Assembly: GCF_964213995.1 (NCBI RefSeq)
Contig: NW_027590141.1
Location: 372,001 to 436,000 of the forward strand
Length of the DNA stretch: 64,000 nucleotides
Direction of reading: 5' to 3'
Source of the DNA: Mustelus asterias
Lineage: Eukaryota
Part shown: in pieces, positions 11,493 through 21,838 of the stretch
Numbering within the stretch: position 1 is the first letter of the stretch
Layout: each line of letters starts with the position of its first letter
Notes under the pieces: model-generated
Seen by the model: only the letters and a program-made list of their open reading frames with translations
Told to the model about the DNA's origin: nothing
The model's database searches: none
Program-made: the position numbers and the translations under genes

Positions 11493-12807
11493 GTATATTT
11501 CTTGCCCGGTGTAGATTCAGAACCATTGTCAGGAAAATGCTCATTTTAAAAAAATAACCTGGCTGTGTGGGGAAATGGCAGCAGCCAATTTGCGAACAGC
11601 ACCATCCAATAAAATGCCAATTTAACATTTTGGTGATATTTTTAACAATGTGTTTGCGGACGCGGCATCAGTGGCCAGGCCCAGTGTTTATCGCCCATCC
11701 CCAATTGCCCCTCGAGATGGTGGTGGGAGAACCACCCTTCTCGAACCCACTGCAGTCCCCGTGTGGTGTGGGTAACACCCACAGTGCCATTAGGGAGGGA
11801 GTTCCAGGGTTTGTACCCCAGCCACAGTGAAGGAACGGCTGATATATTTCCAAGTCGGGACAGTGAGTGGGGCTCAGAGGGGGAACTTGCAGGTGGGTGG
11901 TGTTCTCCATGTGTCTGCTACCTCTTGTCCTTCTAGACAGTCAAGGTGGCAGGTTTGGAAGGTGTTGACTCCAGGACATTGCGGCAATCTCTTCCCCACA
12001 CAGACTCTTTTTCCAATCGCAGCCGTGCGATCACCGTCTCTTGCAAGACTCGCTCCCCCTCCAACAGTACAAACACTTCCTTGGCACTGGATCGAACGGT
12101 CAACTTGAGGAGGCCACCTTCCAACTTCAAGGCATGTGTGAGAGACCCATGGAGCCAGCAGAGGCAGAGATGTTTGTGTGCACACACACACACACACACA
12201 CTCACAAAAATCACTCTCTCACACTCGCTCTCTCTTTCACACACACAGACACACACTGAGGCAATCGCAAAGGTTTACAAAAGATCCTTTTATTGCCAAA
12301 AAACCCGTCATCATTCTCAGCTAAGCCAGGCAGTCTCGAGTGTCAGTGCCCACACACACAGCGCGACCGGTGCAGATGTGGGGGGGGTGAAGGATAGCAG
12401 TTGTGGAGAGAGAGTTGGGCTGGGGGAGAGGAAAGAAAGAGTCTGGCGGGGGCAACCAGGGAAGGCCATTCACGTTCTATCCCTGCGTTGGTTTCTGCAT
12501 CCCACTCCCTAGCCTGGGGGTACTCCTCCATGGGAAGCCAGCGTCGGGTGACCCTCCAGGTCCAGTCAAGACTGCGGTGGCTGCTTTGTGAGGGTCACGT
12601 CAGGGGAGGGAGGGACGGGTTGGGGGCGGGGGGGGTGAGGGCAAGGGCTTGACTGGAGCTATCCACCAAGAGGGTACGCCCACCTCCAAGACGCCCTGAG
12701 GAGTTGACACCACCAGGTGGAGGGCAAACACAGGAGGTCGATCGGACAGAGATAGCGAGCAAGCAAACACGCATAGTGGACTGCTGCAATGATTGTTCCA
12801 CCTGCCG

Positions 12808-13395
12808 TTGCAGCTGTACAAGGTACCGGTGAGGCCACACCTGGAGCACTGTGTACAGGTTTGGTCTCCATACTTGAGAAAGGATACACTGGCACAGGAG
12901 GGGGTGCAGAGGAGATTCACTCGGTTGATTCCAGAGTTGAGAGGGTTGGCTTATGAGGAGAGACTGAGTAGACTGGGGCTATACTCATTGGAATTCAGAA
13001 GAATGAGGGGTGATCTTATAGAAACATATAAGATTATGAAGGGAATAGATAAGATAGAAGCAGGGAAGTTGTTTCCACTGGCGGGTGAAACTAGAACTAG
13101 GGGGCATGGCCTCAAAATAAGGGGAAGCAGATTTAGGACTGAGTTGTGGAGGAACGTCTTCACACAAAGCGTTGTGAATCTGTGGAATTCCCTGCCCAGT
13201 GAAGCAGTTGAGGCTACCTCATTGAATGTTTTTAAGGCAAGGATAAAGTGTTGAACAGTAAAAGAATTAAGGGTTATGGTGAGCGGGCAGGTAAGTGGAA
13301 CTGAGTCCAGAAAAATATCAGCCATGATCTTATTGAATGGTGGAGCAGGCTCGAGGGGCCAGATTGCCTACTCCTGCTCCTAGTTATGTTCTTAT
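12808..13395 (+). mobile_element. Young CR1 LINE 3' part
   Basis: Open reading LQLYK.VRPHLEHCVQVWSPYLRKD...LGLYSLEFRRMRGDLIETYKIM, plus 3' tail. Confidence 0.9.
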
Positions 13396-13559
13396 GTCCC
13401 CCCCCGCCACTTTCCCCAACACCATCGCCAGTGTGGATCGGGTGAAGTTATGGGCGGGGGGAGTGGATGGGATTCGACTCTACCGGAGTTGGGCAGTGGG
13501 GAGGGTTTAGTTACCCAATCAAAATTTCTCCGCCTAGTATCATGTCCAATCACTGAAGG

Positions 13560-14680
13560 TGAGAGTGGGAGAAAGTTAAAGGAGATGTGAGGCACAAGTT
13601 TTTTTTTTACACAGTGGTAGGTGTCTGCTACGTGCTGCCAGAGGTGGTCATGGAGGCAGATACGATAGGGGCGTTTAAGCGGTTTTTAGATAAGCACATG
13701 AATATGAACACGAACAGTTAATGTGGTTCTGCTATTTAGGAAGGGTTGGAGGATAAACCAGGGAACTATAACCTTATAGCACCTTAGTTAGGCCGCATTT
13801 GGAATATAACGTTCAATTCTGGTCGCCACACTATCAGAAGGATGTGGAGGCTTTAGACAGAGTACAAAAAAGATTTACCAGGATGTTGCCTGGTATGGAG
13901 GGCATTGGCTATGAGGAGAGGTTGGAGAAACTTGCTTTGTTCTCACTGGAACGACGGAGGTTGAGGGGGGACCTGATAGAAGTCTACAAGATTATGAGGG
14001 GCATGGACAGAGTGGGTAGTCAGAAGCTTTTTCCCAGGGTGGAAGAGTCAATTACTAGGGGGAACAGGTTTAAGGTGCGAGGGGCAAGGTTTAAAGGAGA
14101 TGTATGAGGCAGTTTTTTTTACAGAGTAGTGGGTGCCTGGAACCCGCTGCCAGGGGAGGTAGTGACTTTTAAGGGGCGTCTTGACAAATACATGAACAGG
14201 ATGGGAATAGAGGGATATGGTCCCCAGTAGGGTACGGGGTGTTAGTTCAGACAGGCAGTATGGTTGGTGCAGGCTTGGAGGGCCTGTTCCTGTGCTGTAA
14301 TTTTCTTTGTTGTTTTGTATAGACCAGTGAGTCTCACGTCAATGGTAGGGAAATTATTGGAGGAAATTCTGAAGGAGAGCATCCATTTGGAGAGGCAAAG
14401 CTTGATCAGGGATAGTCAGCATGGCTTGGTCAGAGGGAGGTCATGCCTAACAAATGTGATTGAAATTTTTGAGGTGACGACCAGGTGTGTAGATGACGGT
14501 AATACAGTTGATGTAGTTTATATGGATTTCAGCAAATCCTTTGACAAGGTCCCACATGGGAGGCTTGTAAAGAAGGTAACTGCACATGGGATACAGGGTA
14601 ATCTGATAAAGTGGATTCAAAAGTGACTCAGTTGTAGGAGACAGAGGGTGATGACTGAAGGCTGCTTTAGTGACTGGAAT
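13560..14680 (+). mobile_element. Several CR1 LINE fragments
   Basis: VQFWSPHYQKDVEAL; YRPVSLTS..GRSCLTN..VDVVYMDFSKSFDKVPH. Confidence 0.85.
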
Positions 14681-14840
14681 GATGTGGAGATGCCGGCGTT
14701 GGACTGGGGTAAACACAGTAAGAAGTTTAACAACACCAGGTTAAAGTCCAACAGGTTTATTTGGTAGCAAAAGCCACACAAGCTTTCGGAGCCCCAAGCC
14801 CCTTCTTCAGGTGAGTGGGAATTCTGTTCACAAACAGAAT
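14681..14840 (-). mobile_element. Solo Penelope pseudo-LTR fragment
   Basis: Nearly identical to 33823-33985. Confidence 0.85.
14777..14813 (-). ncRNA. Minimal type I hammerhead ribozyme motif
   Basis: CAC-CTGAAGA-A-GGGGC-TTGGG-GCTCC-GAAA-GC-TT-GTG: intact core, stem II, and CAC/GTG stem I. Confidence 0.75.
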
Positions 14841-14884
14841 TGTCAATTGTCAGAAAAAAACCATTTGGTTCAGTAAAGTAAAAA

Positions 14885-15150
14885 GTAAAGTTTATTTATT
14901 AGTCACAAGTAGGCTTACATTAACAGTGCAGTGAGGTTACTGTGAAATTCCCCTGGTTGCCATACTCCGGCATTTGTTCGAGTCAATGCACCGAACCAGC
15001 ATGTCTTTCAGACTGTGGAAGGAAACCGGAGCACCCGGAGGAAACCCACGCAGAGAACATGCAAACTCCACACAGACAGTGACCCAAGCCGGGAATCGAA
15101 CCCGGGTCCCTGGCGCTGTGAGGCAACAGTGTTAACCACTGTGCCACCCC
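14885..15150 (-). mobile_element. V-SINE (HE1-like)
   Basis: tRNA head and V-domain on the minus strand. Confidence 0.8.
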
Positions 15151-15151
15151 A

Positions 15152-15345
15152 TGAATGTCCGTTTGGGGAAGGAAATCTGCTGTCCTTACCTGGTCTGGCC
15201 TACATGTGACTCCAGAGCCATAGCAATGTGACTGACTGTCAACTGCCCTCTGAAATGGCCCAGTGAGCCACTCAGTTCGATGGTAACTAGGGATGGGCAA
15301 TAAATGCTGGCCGTGCAGTGACGCCCATGTCCCACAAATGCATAA
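15152..15345 (+). mobile_element. DeuSINE/SacSINE1-like fragment
   Basis: gggaaggaaatctgc..tccttacctggtctggcctacatgtgactccag..gggatgggcaataaatgctggcc. Related pieces at about 11670-11970, 21850-22285, 30900-31090 and 62690-63275. Confidence 0.5.
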
Positions 15346-15495
15346 AAAATCCTCACAGTTTAAATTCACACAGCCATTCTGTCTCCTTTTGTAATTACCA
15401 CTCACTTCACCAGTTTAAAAAAATGGACGTCAATGAACATAATTCATTCCTGGATGTGATTTACAGTAAAATCCAGTCACTGATTATTTGTGAAC

Positions 15496-16521
15496 TCACT
15501 GGTGGCTCATCAGGGTGGATGAGCGAGTGAATCTCTTCCCACACACGAAGCAGGTGAATGGTCTCTCCCCAGTGTGAACTCGCTGGTGTCTCTGCAGGGT
15601 GGCTGACTGAGTGAATCCTTTCTCACACTGCAAACAGATGAATGGCTTCTCCCCAGTGTGAACCCGCTGGTGTGCAGTCAGTTGACATAATTGTCTGAAC
15701 CCAGTCCCGCAGTGAGAGCACCTGAACGGTCTCTCGTCAGTGTGAACAAGCTGATGGCGCATCAGGTCCACAGAACCTTTATAACATTTCTCACAGTCAG
15801 CACATTTAAAAGGTCTCTCATCAGTGTGAACTTGCTGGTGTTTCAGCAGAGTGGACGAATCGCTGAATCCCTTCCCACATTTGGAGCAGGTGAATGTTCT
15901 CTCCCCTGTGTGAACTCGGTGGTGTTGTAGAAGCCCTGATGATCGAGTGAATCTCTTCCCACATTTGAAACAGATGAACGGCTTCTCCCCAGTGTGAATT
16001 CGCTGATGTGCAGCGAGTTCAGATGATTGTCTGAACCCAGTCTCACAGTGAGAGCATCTGAAGGGTCTCTCGTCAGTGTGAACATGCTGATGTCGCATTA
16101 GGTTCTGAGAACTTTTATAGCACTTCCCACAGTCCAGGCATTTAAACGGTCTCTCATCAGTGTGAACTTGCTGATGTTTCAGCAGAGTGGATGAATCAGT
16201 AAATCCCTTCCCACACTTGGAGCAGGTGAATGGCCTCTCCCCAGTGTGAATTCGGTGGTGTTGTTGCAGCCCAGATGATCGAGTGAATCCCTTCCCACAC
16301 TCGGGACAGGTGAATGGCTTCTGCGCATTATGAACACGCTGGTGCCTCAACAGGTTGGATGACCAAGTGAATCCCTTCCCACACTCAGGGCAGGTGAATG
16401 GCCTCTCCCCAGTGTGACAGGGCTGATGAGTTTCCAGCTCAGACGGGGATCTGAATCCCTTCTCACAGTCCCCAGATTTCCACGGTTTATCTACACTGTG
16501 AACATTGCTGTTTTCTTGCAT
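15496..16521 (-). CDS. C2H2 zinc-finger protein 3 (degenerate first finger, 10 full fingers, truncated last finger)
   Basis: Open from acceptor ttcacag|16603, first ATG at 16521. Internal 4-finger block duplication (RSSG/DSST/..LMRH/Q..L.AH twice). Ends HQ*VHK*. Confidence 0.85.
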   Translation of the reverse strand: MQENSNVHSVDKPWKSGDCEKGFRSPSELETHQPCHTGERPFTCPECGKGFTWSSNLLRHQRVHNAQKPFTCPECGKGFTRSSGLQQHHRIHTGERPFTCSKCGKGFTDSSTLLKHQQVHTDERPFKCLDCGKCYKSSQNLMRHQHVHTDERPFRCSHCETGFRQSSELAAHQRIHTGEKPFICFKCGKRFTRSSGLLQHHRVHTGERTFTCSKCGKGFSDSSTLLKHQQVHTDERPFKCADCEKCYKGSVDLMRHQLVHTDERPFRCSHCGTGFRQLCQLTAHQRVHTGEKPFICLQCEKGFTQSATLQRHQRVHTGERPFTCFVCGKRFTRSSTLMSHQ

Positions 16522-16709
16522 GTTAAAAACCCGATGATATTCAGATCCTGATGTGATGTTTGGTTTCAGTTTCCCTGACTGCAAATCTTCCCCTTCTAAC
16601 GCCCTGTGAAATTGATTTAAAACAGGAAAAAGGGAGTGAGAGAGAACTCTCAAAAACAGAAAGGCAGGTTGTGAAATTGAGCTGGTTTTACCTCCAATTT
16701 CCCACCCCC

Positions 16710-17290
16710 TCTTTCTCTCTGGCTCTTTCTCTCTGGCTCTTTCTCTCTGGCTCTTTCTCTCTGGCTCTTTCTCTCTGGCTCTTTCTCTCTGGCTCTTTCT
16801 CTCTGGCTCTTTCTCTCTGGCTCTGGCTCTCTGGCTCTTTCTCTCTGGCTCTTTCTCTCTGGCTCTTTCTCTCTGGCTCTTTCTCTCTGGCTCTNNNNNN
16901 NNNNNNNNNNNNNNNNNNNNNNNNNNNNNNNNNNNNNNNNNNNNNNNNNNNNNNNNNNNNNNNNNNNNNNNNNNNNNNNNNNNNNNNNNNNNNNNNNNNN
17001 NNNNNNNNNNNNNNNNNNNNNNNNNNNNNNNNNNNNNNNNNNNNNNNNNNNNNNNNNNNNNNNNNNNNNNNNNNNNNNNNNNNNNNNNNNNNNNNNNNNN
17101 NNNNNNNNNNNNNNNNCACTCTCTCTCTCAGGTTCGCTCTTGCTCTCTCTCCCTCTGGCTCTCTGGCTCTGGCTCTCTGGCTCTGGCTCTCTTGCTCTGG
17201 CTCTCTCTCTCAGGTTCGCTCTCGCTCTCTCTCCCTCTGGCTCTCTGGCTCTGGCTCTCTCGCTCTGGCTCTCTCGCTCTGGCTGGCTCT
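16710..17290. repeat. (ctctggctctttctct)n-type pyrimidine satellite spanning an assembly gap
   Basis: 16-bp units to the left of the N run (16895-17116) and related units to the right. Confidence 0.9.
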
Positions 17291-17380
17291 GTCTGCCTGC
17301 CCCCTGCCCCCCCACCCCCTCCTCCTCTGCCCCTCCCCCCCCCCTCTCTCTCTCACACAGTTCTCTCTCTCTCTCTGCAG

Positions 17381-17524
17381 TGTGATCGAATGGCAGCAGA
17401 CTGTGCGTTGGAGTTGCAGAAACACGGAGTGTCATACGTGTCCCTCTGGCCGGGAGCCGTGCGCACCGAGACCATGACTGACTTGGTTATTAACACGGAG
17501 AACAAATCCAAAGGACAGCAACGG
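17381..17524 (+). CDS. DHRS1: DHRS1-like internal exon (SDR family)
   Basis: ctgcag|CDRMAADCALELQKHGVSYVSLWPGAVRTE...QQR|gtgagt; 144 nt, phase 0-0. Resembles DHRS1 as recalled (CDKLAADCAHELRRHGVSCVSLWPG). Confidence 0.85.
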
Positions 17525-18757
17525 GTGAGTGAGACAGCGAGGAGGAGGCCATTCAGCCCCTTCTCCAGCCTGTTACACAGGAACACAGAACGGGAAGAAG
17601 GAAATTGAGAGAAAGGACATTGGGAGAGTGTAACCTGAAGAGGGAATGGAGGGAGAGTGAGTGGGATGGGAAGGAGGGAGCCAGTGGGTGAGGGAAGGAT
17701 GGTGAGGGAGAGCGAGAGTGTGAACAGGTGGATGAGGGAGAGGGAGGTTCAAGTCCATAGCTTCCTGAAAGCGGCCACACCAGTCAATAGGGGGTAAAGA
17801 AGGCGTACGGCATGCTTGCCTTTATAAGTCGGGGCATTGAATACAAGAGTTAGGATGTCATGTTGCAGCTTTATAAAACTTTGGTTCGGAACCACTTATA
17901 GGATATTGCGTTCAATTCTGGTCGCCACATTACAGGAAGGATGCAGAGGATTTGGAGAGGGTGCAGAAGAGGTTTAACATGACGCTGCCTGGATTAGAGG
18001 GTACGAGATATAAGGAGCGGCTGGACAAACTAAGAACTAATGTTTATTTATTAGTGTCACAAGTAAGGCTTACATTAACAGCGCAATGAAGTTACTGTGA
18101 AAATCCCCCAGTCGCCACACTCCAGCGTCTGTTCGGGAACACTGAGGGAGAATTTAGCACGGCCAATGCACCTAATCAGCACATCTTTCGGATGGTGGGA
18201 GGAAACCGGAGCACCCGGAGGAAACCCATGCAGACACGGAGGGTGGGAGCGGCGAGAACATGAAGGCTCAGCACAGACAGTGACCCAAACCTGGGTTAAA
18301 TAGGGTTGACAGTCAGAATGTTTTTCCCACAGTTGAAATGTGTAATACTCGGGGACATGCACTTCAGGAGAGAGGGGGAATGTTCAAAGGGGATGTGAGG
18401 GGCAAATATTTTTAAACAGAGAGTGGTAGGTGTCTGGAACACGCTGCCAGGGATGGTGGTGGAGGCAGATACGATAGGGGCGTTTAAGGGGCTTTTAAAT
18501 AAGCACATGAATATGCAAAGAATAGAGGGATATGGACCAAGGGCAGGCAGAAAGGAATAGTTTAATTTGGTGTCATGTTCGACACAACATCGTGAGCTGA
18601 AGGGCCTGTTCCTGTGCTGTACTGTTCTATGTTCTATGAGAGAGAGGTGAGTGAGGGAGAGAAGGTTGGACAGAGTAACACGATTTAGTTGTGACAGCGG
18701 GGGAGTCCCTGAACTCTCCATGTTGTCCGTTTGCAGGTGGCGGACATGTTCACCGCT

Positions 18758-19092
18758 GTCTCTCTCACACACTCTCTGTCTCTCTCTCACACACTCTCTG
18801 TCTCTCACACACACTCTCTGTCTCTCACACACTCTCTGTCTCTCACACACACTCTCTGTCTCTCTCACACACACTCTCTGTCTCTCACACACACTCTCTG
18901 TCTCTCACACACTCTCTGTCTCTCACACACACTCTCTGTCTCTCTCACACACACTCTCTGTCTCTCACACACACTCTCTGTCTCTCACACACACTCTCTG
19001 TCTCTCACACACACTCTCTGTCTCTCACACACTCTCTGTCTCTCACACACACTCTCTGTCTCTCTCACACACACTCTCTGTCTCTCTCACAC
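18758..19092. repeat. Compound (ctctgtctctcacaca)n microsatellite
   Basis: Directly visible. Confidence 0.95.
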
Positions 19093-19423
19093 AAAATCCC
19101 CCAGTCGCCACACTCCAGCGTCTGTTCGGGAACACTGAGGGAGAATTTAGCACGGCCAATGCACCTAATCAGCACATCTTTCGGATGGTGGGAGGAAACC
19201 GGAGCACCCGGAGGAAACCCATGCAGACACGGAGGGTGGGAGCGGCGAGAACATGAAGGCTCAGCACAGACAGTGACCCAAACCTGGGTCCCTGGCGCTG
19301 TGAGGCAGCAGTGTGAACCACTGTGCCCTCCCTCGCGTTGTGTGGGATTCTAGGGCTGGGTGGGATTGTTGTTGGTACAGGTTCGATGGGCTGAATGGCC
19401 TCCTCCTGCACTGTAGGATTCTA

Positions 19424-20165
19424 TGAACATAAGAACTAGGAGCAGGAGTAGGCCATCTGGCCCCTCGAGCCTGCTCCGCCATTCAATAAGATCAGGCTGA
19501 TCTTTTCGTGGACTCAGCTCCACTTACCCGCCCGCTCACCATAACCCTTAATCTCTTTAATGTTCAAAAATTTATCTATCCTTGCCTTAAAAACATTCAA
19601 TGAGGTAGCCCCAACTGCTTCACTGGGCAGGGAATTCCACAGATTCACAACCTTTGTGTGAAGAAGTTCCTCCTCAACTCAGTCCAAAATTTGCTTCCCC
19701 TTATTTTGAGGCTGTGTCTCCTCGTTCTAGTTTCACCCGCCAGTGGAAACAACTAGGGTTGTTTTCTCTGGAGCGGCAGAGGCTGAGGGGAGACCTGATG
19801 GAAGTCTATAAAATAATGAGAGACATAGATAGGGTTGACAGTCAGAATGTTTTTCCCACAGTTGAAATGTGTAATACTCGGGGACATGCACTTCAGGAGA
19901 GAGGGGGAATGTTCAAAGGGGATGTGAGGGGCAAATATTTTTAAACAGAGAGTGGTAGGTGTCTGGAACACGCTGCCAGGGATGGTGGTGGAGGCAGATA
20001 CGATAGGGGCGTTTAAGGGGCTTTTAAATAAGCACATGAATATGCAAAGAATAGAGGGATATGGACCAAGGGCAGGCAGAAAGGAATAGTTTAATTTGGT
20101 GTCATGTTCGACACAACATCGTGAGCTGAAGGGCCTGTTCCTGTGCTGTACTGTTCTATGTTCTA
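19424..20165. mobile_element. Two abutting CR1 3' fragments (minus, then plus)
   Basis: Minus-strand CR1 tail at 19424-19752; plus-strand LGLFSLERQRLRGDLMEVYKIM from about 19753. Confidence 0.8.
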
Positions 20166-20265
20166 TGAGAGAGAGGTGAGTGAGGGAGAGAAGGTTGGAC
20201 AGAGTAACACGATTTAGTTGTGACAGCGGGGGAGTCCCTGAACTCTCCATGTTGTCCGTTTGCAG

Positions 20266-20335
20266 GTGGCGGACATGTTCACCGCTGGTGAGACCCCGGA
20301 GATGAGCGGGAAATGTATCGTCGCCCTCGCTACAG
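20266..20335 (+). CDS. DHRS1: Next DHRS1-like exon
   Basis: ttgcag|VADMFTAGETPEMSGKCIVALAT-G|gtgggt; phase 0 start matches the previous exon. Resembles DHRS1 AETTELSGKCVVALAT. Confidence 0.85.
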
Positions 20336-20681
20336 GTGGGTAAACGCTTCTCCCCACCCCCCTCAGCACTCCACGGCGAACGGCCTTCTCCTTTCCTGAC
20401 GGGACCCCCACATCGATACTCTGGCCATGGGGGCGGGGGGGGGGGGGGGAGAGGCCCGGTCTCGGAACGAGAGGAGGCAGCCATTTTGTGTCTGAGCTGA
20501 GGAGAAATGCCTTTGCTCGGAGGCCGGTGAATCTTTGGAATTCTCAACTCCCCGGGGCTGGCCGTGGACGGTCCTCCATCGTCCGGACACGTCTGAGGCC
20601 GGGGCGGACAGATTCCCGGTCTCTCGGGGGGTGGGGGGCGTGGGCGGGGAAAGGGGTGGGAGGCCTCGTGGCATAAGAACA

Positions 20682-20995
20682 TAGGCGGCACAATGGTTAG
20701 CACTGCTGCCTCACAGCGCCAGGGACCTGGGTTCAATTCCCGGCTTGGGTCACTGTCTGTGCAGAGTCTGCACGTTCTCTCCGTGTCTGCGTGCATTTGC
20801 TCCGGGTGCTCCGGCTTCCTCCCACAGTCCAAAGATGTGCGGCTTAAGTGGATTGGCCAACCTAAACTGTCCCTTAGTGTCACAGAGATTAGTACGGTAA
20901 ATATGTGGGGTTATGGGGATAGGGCCTTGGTGGGATTGTTGTCAGTACAGGCTCGATGGGCCGAATGGCCTCCTCCTGCACTGTAGGGATTCCAT
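20682..20995 (+). mobile_element. V-SINE (HE1-like)
   Basis: GGCGGCACAATGGTTAGCACTGCTGCCTCACAGCGCCAGGGACCTGGGTTCAATTCC head, V-domain and tail. Confidence 0.85.
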
Positions 20996-21470
20996 GAACA
21001 TAAGAACTAGGAGCAGGAGTCGGCCATCTGGCCCCCCGAGTCTGCTCCGCCATTCAACAAGATCATGGCTGATCTTTTCGTGGACTCAGCTCCACTTACC
21101 CACCCGCTCACCATAACCCTTAATTCCTTCACTGTTCAAAAATTTATCTATCCTTGCCTTAAAAACATTCAATGAGGTCGCCTCAACTGCTTCACTGGGC
21201 AGGGAATTCCACAGATTCACAACCCTTTGTGTGAAGAAGTTCCTCCTCAACTCAGTCCTAAATCTGCCCACCCTTATTTTGAGGCTATGCCCCCTAATTC
21301 TAGTTTCACCCGCCAGTGGAATCAACTTCCCTGCTTCTATCTTATCTATTCCCTTCATAATCTTATATGTTTCTGTAAGATCTCCCCTCGTTCTTCTGAA
21401 TTCCAATGAGTACAGTCCCAGTCTATTTGGTCTCTCCTCAAAAGCCAACCCTCTCAACTCCGGAATCAAT
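20996..21470 (-). mobile_element. CR1 LINE 3' part
   Basis: IPELRGLAFEERPNRLGLYSLEF...YGERVGKWS. Confidence 0.9.
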
Positions 21471-21636
21471 CTAGATTCAACCTAAGGATGTGATTGCACT
21501 GGAGAGGGTGCAGAGGAGATTCACTTGGTTGATTCTGGAGTTGAAATGGTTGGGCCTCTCTCGCTCGGTCTAAGGCTGCAGGATCCAGTCCCACTTCGAC
21601 ACTCGATAGTCACTGAAGGCCTGTTCGTGGCACGTT

Positions 21637-21838
21637 TGATTTGATTTATTATTGTCACAGGTATTGGGATACAGTGCAAAGTATTGTTTCTTGCGCGCTA
21701 TACAGACAAAGCATACTGTTCATAGAGAAGGAAAGGACAGGGTGCAGAATGTAGTGTTACAGTCATAGCTAGGGTGTAGAGAAAGATCAACTTAATGCAA
21801 GGTCGGTCCATTCAAAAGTCTGATGGCAGCAGGGAAGA
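21637..21838 (-). mobile_element. Rex1/Babar-like LINE 3' end
   Basis: Reverse complement of the tail of the element at 61425-62506. Further copies at about 51543-51830 and 58337-58680. Confidence 0.7.

Noticed and set aside
12285-12808. Possible minus-strand terminal exon (AATAAA at about 12290) and CTCF-like ccaccaggtggag at about 12710
   Set aside because: No recognisable protein in any frame, no clear acceptor, and a single motif match is insufficient.
16560-17477. Long ORFs (305 aa +, 261 aa -) across the satellite
   Set aside because: Translations of a simple repeat and of the N gap.
18296-19353. His/Ser/Leu/Thr-rich ORFs of about 200 aa
   Set aside because: Microsatellite translations.
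20340-20670. CpG-rich patch with minus-strand AAAATGGCTGCC as a possible first exon
   Set aside because: No donor or downstream exon identified.
19753-20883. 376-aa minus-strand ORF
   Set aside because: Chance read-through of a SINE, a GC-rich stretch, the antisense DHRS1 exon and CR1; no domain.
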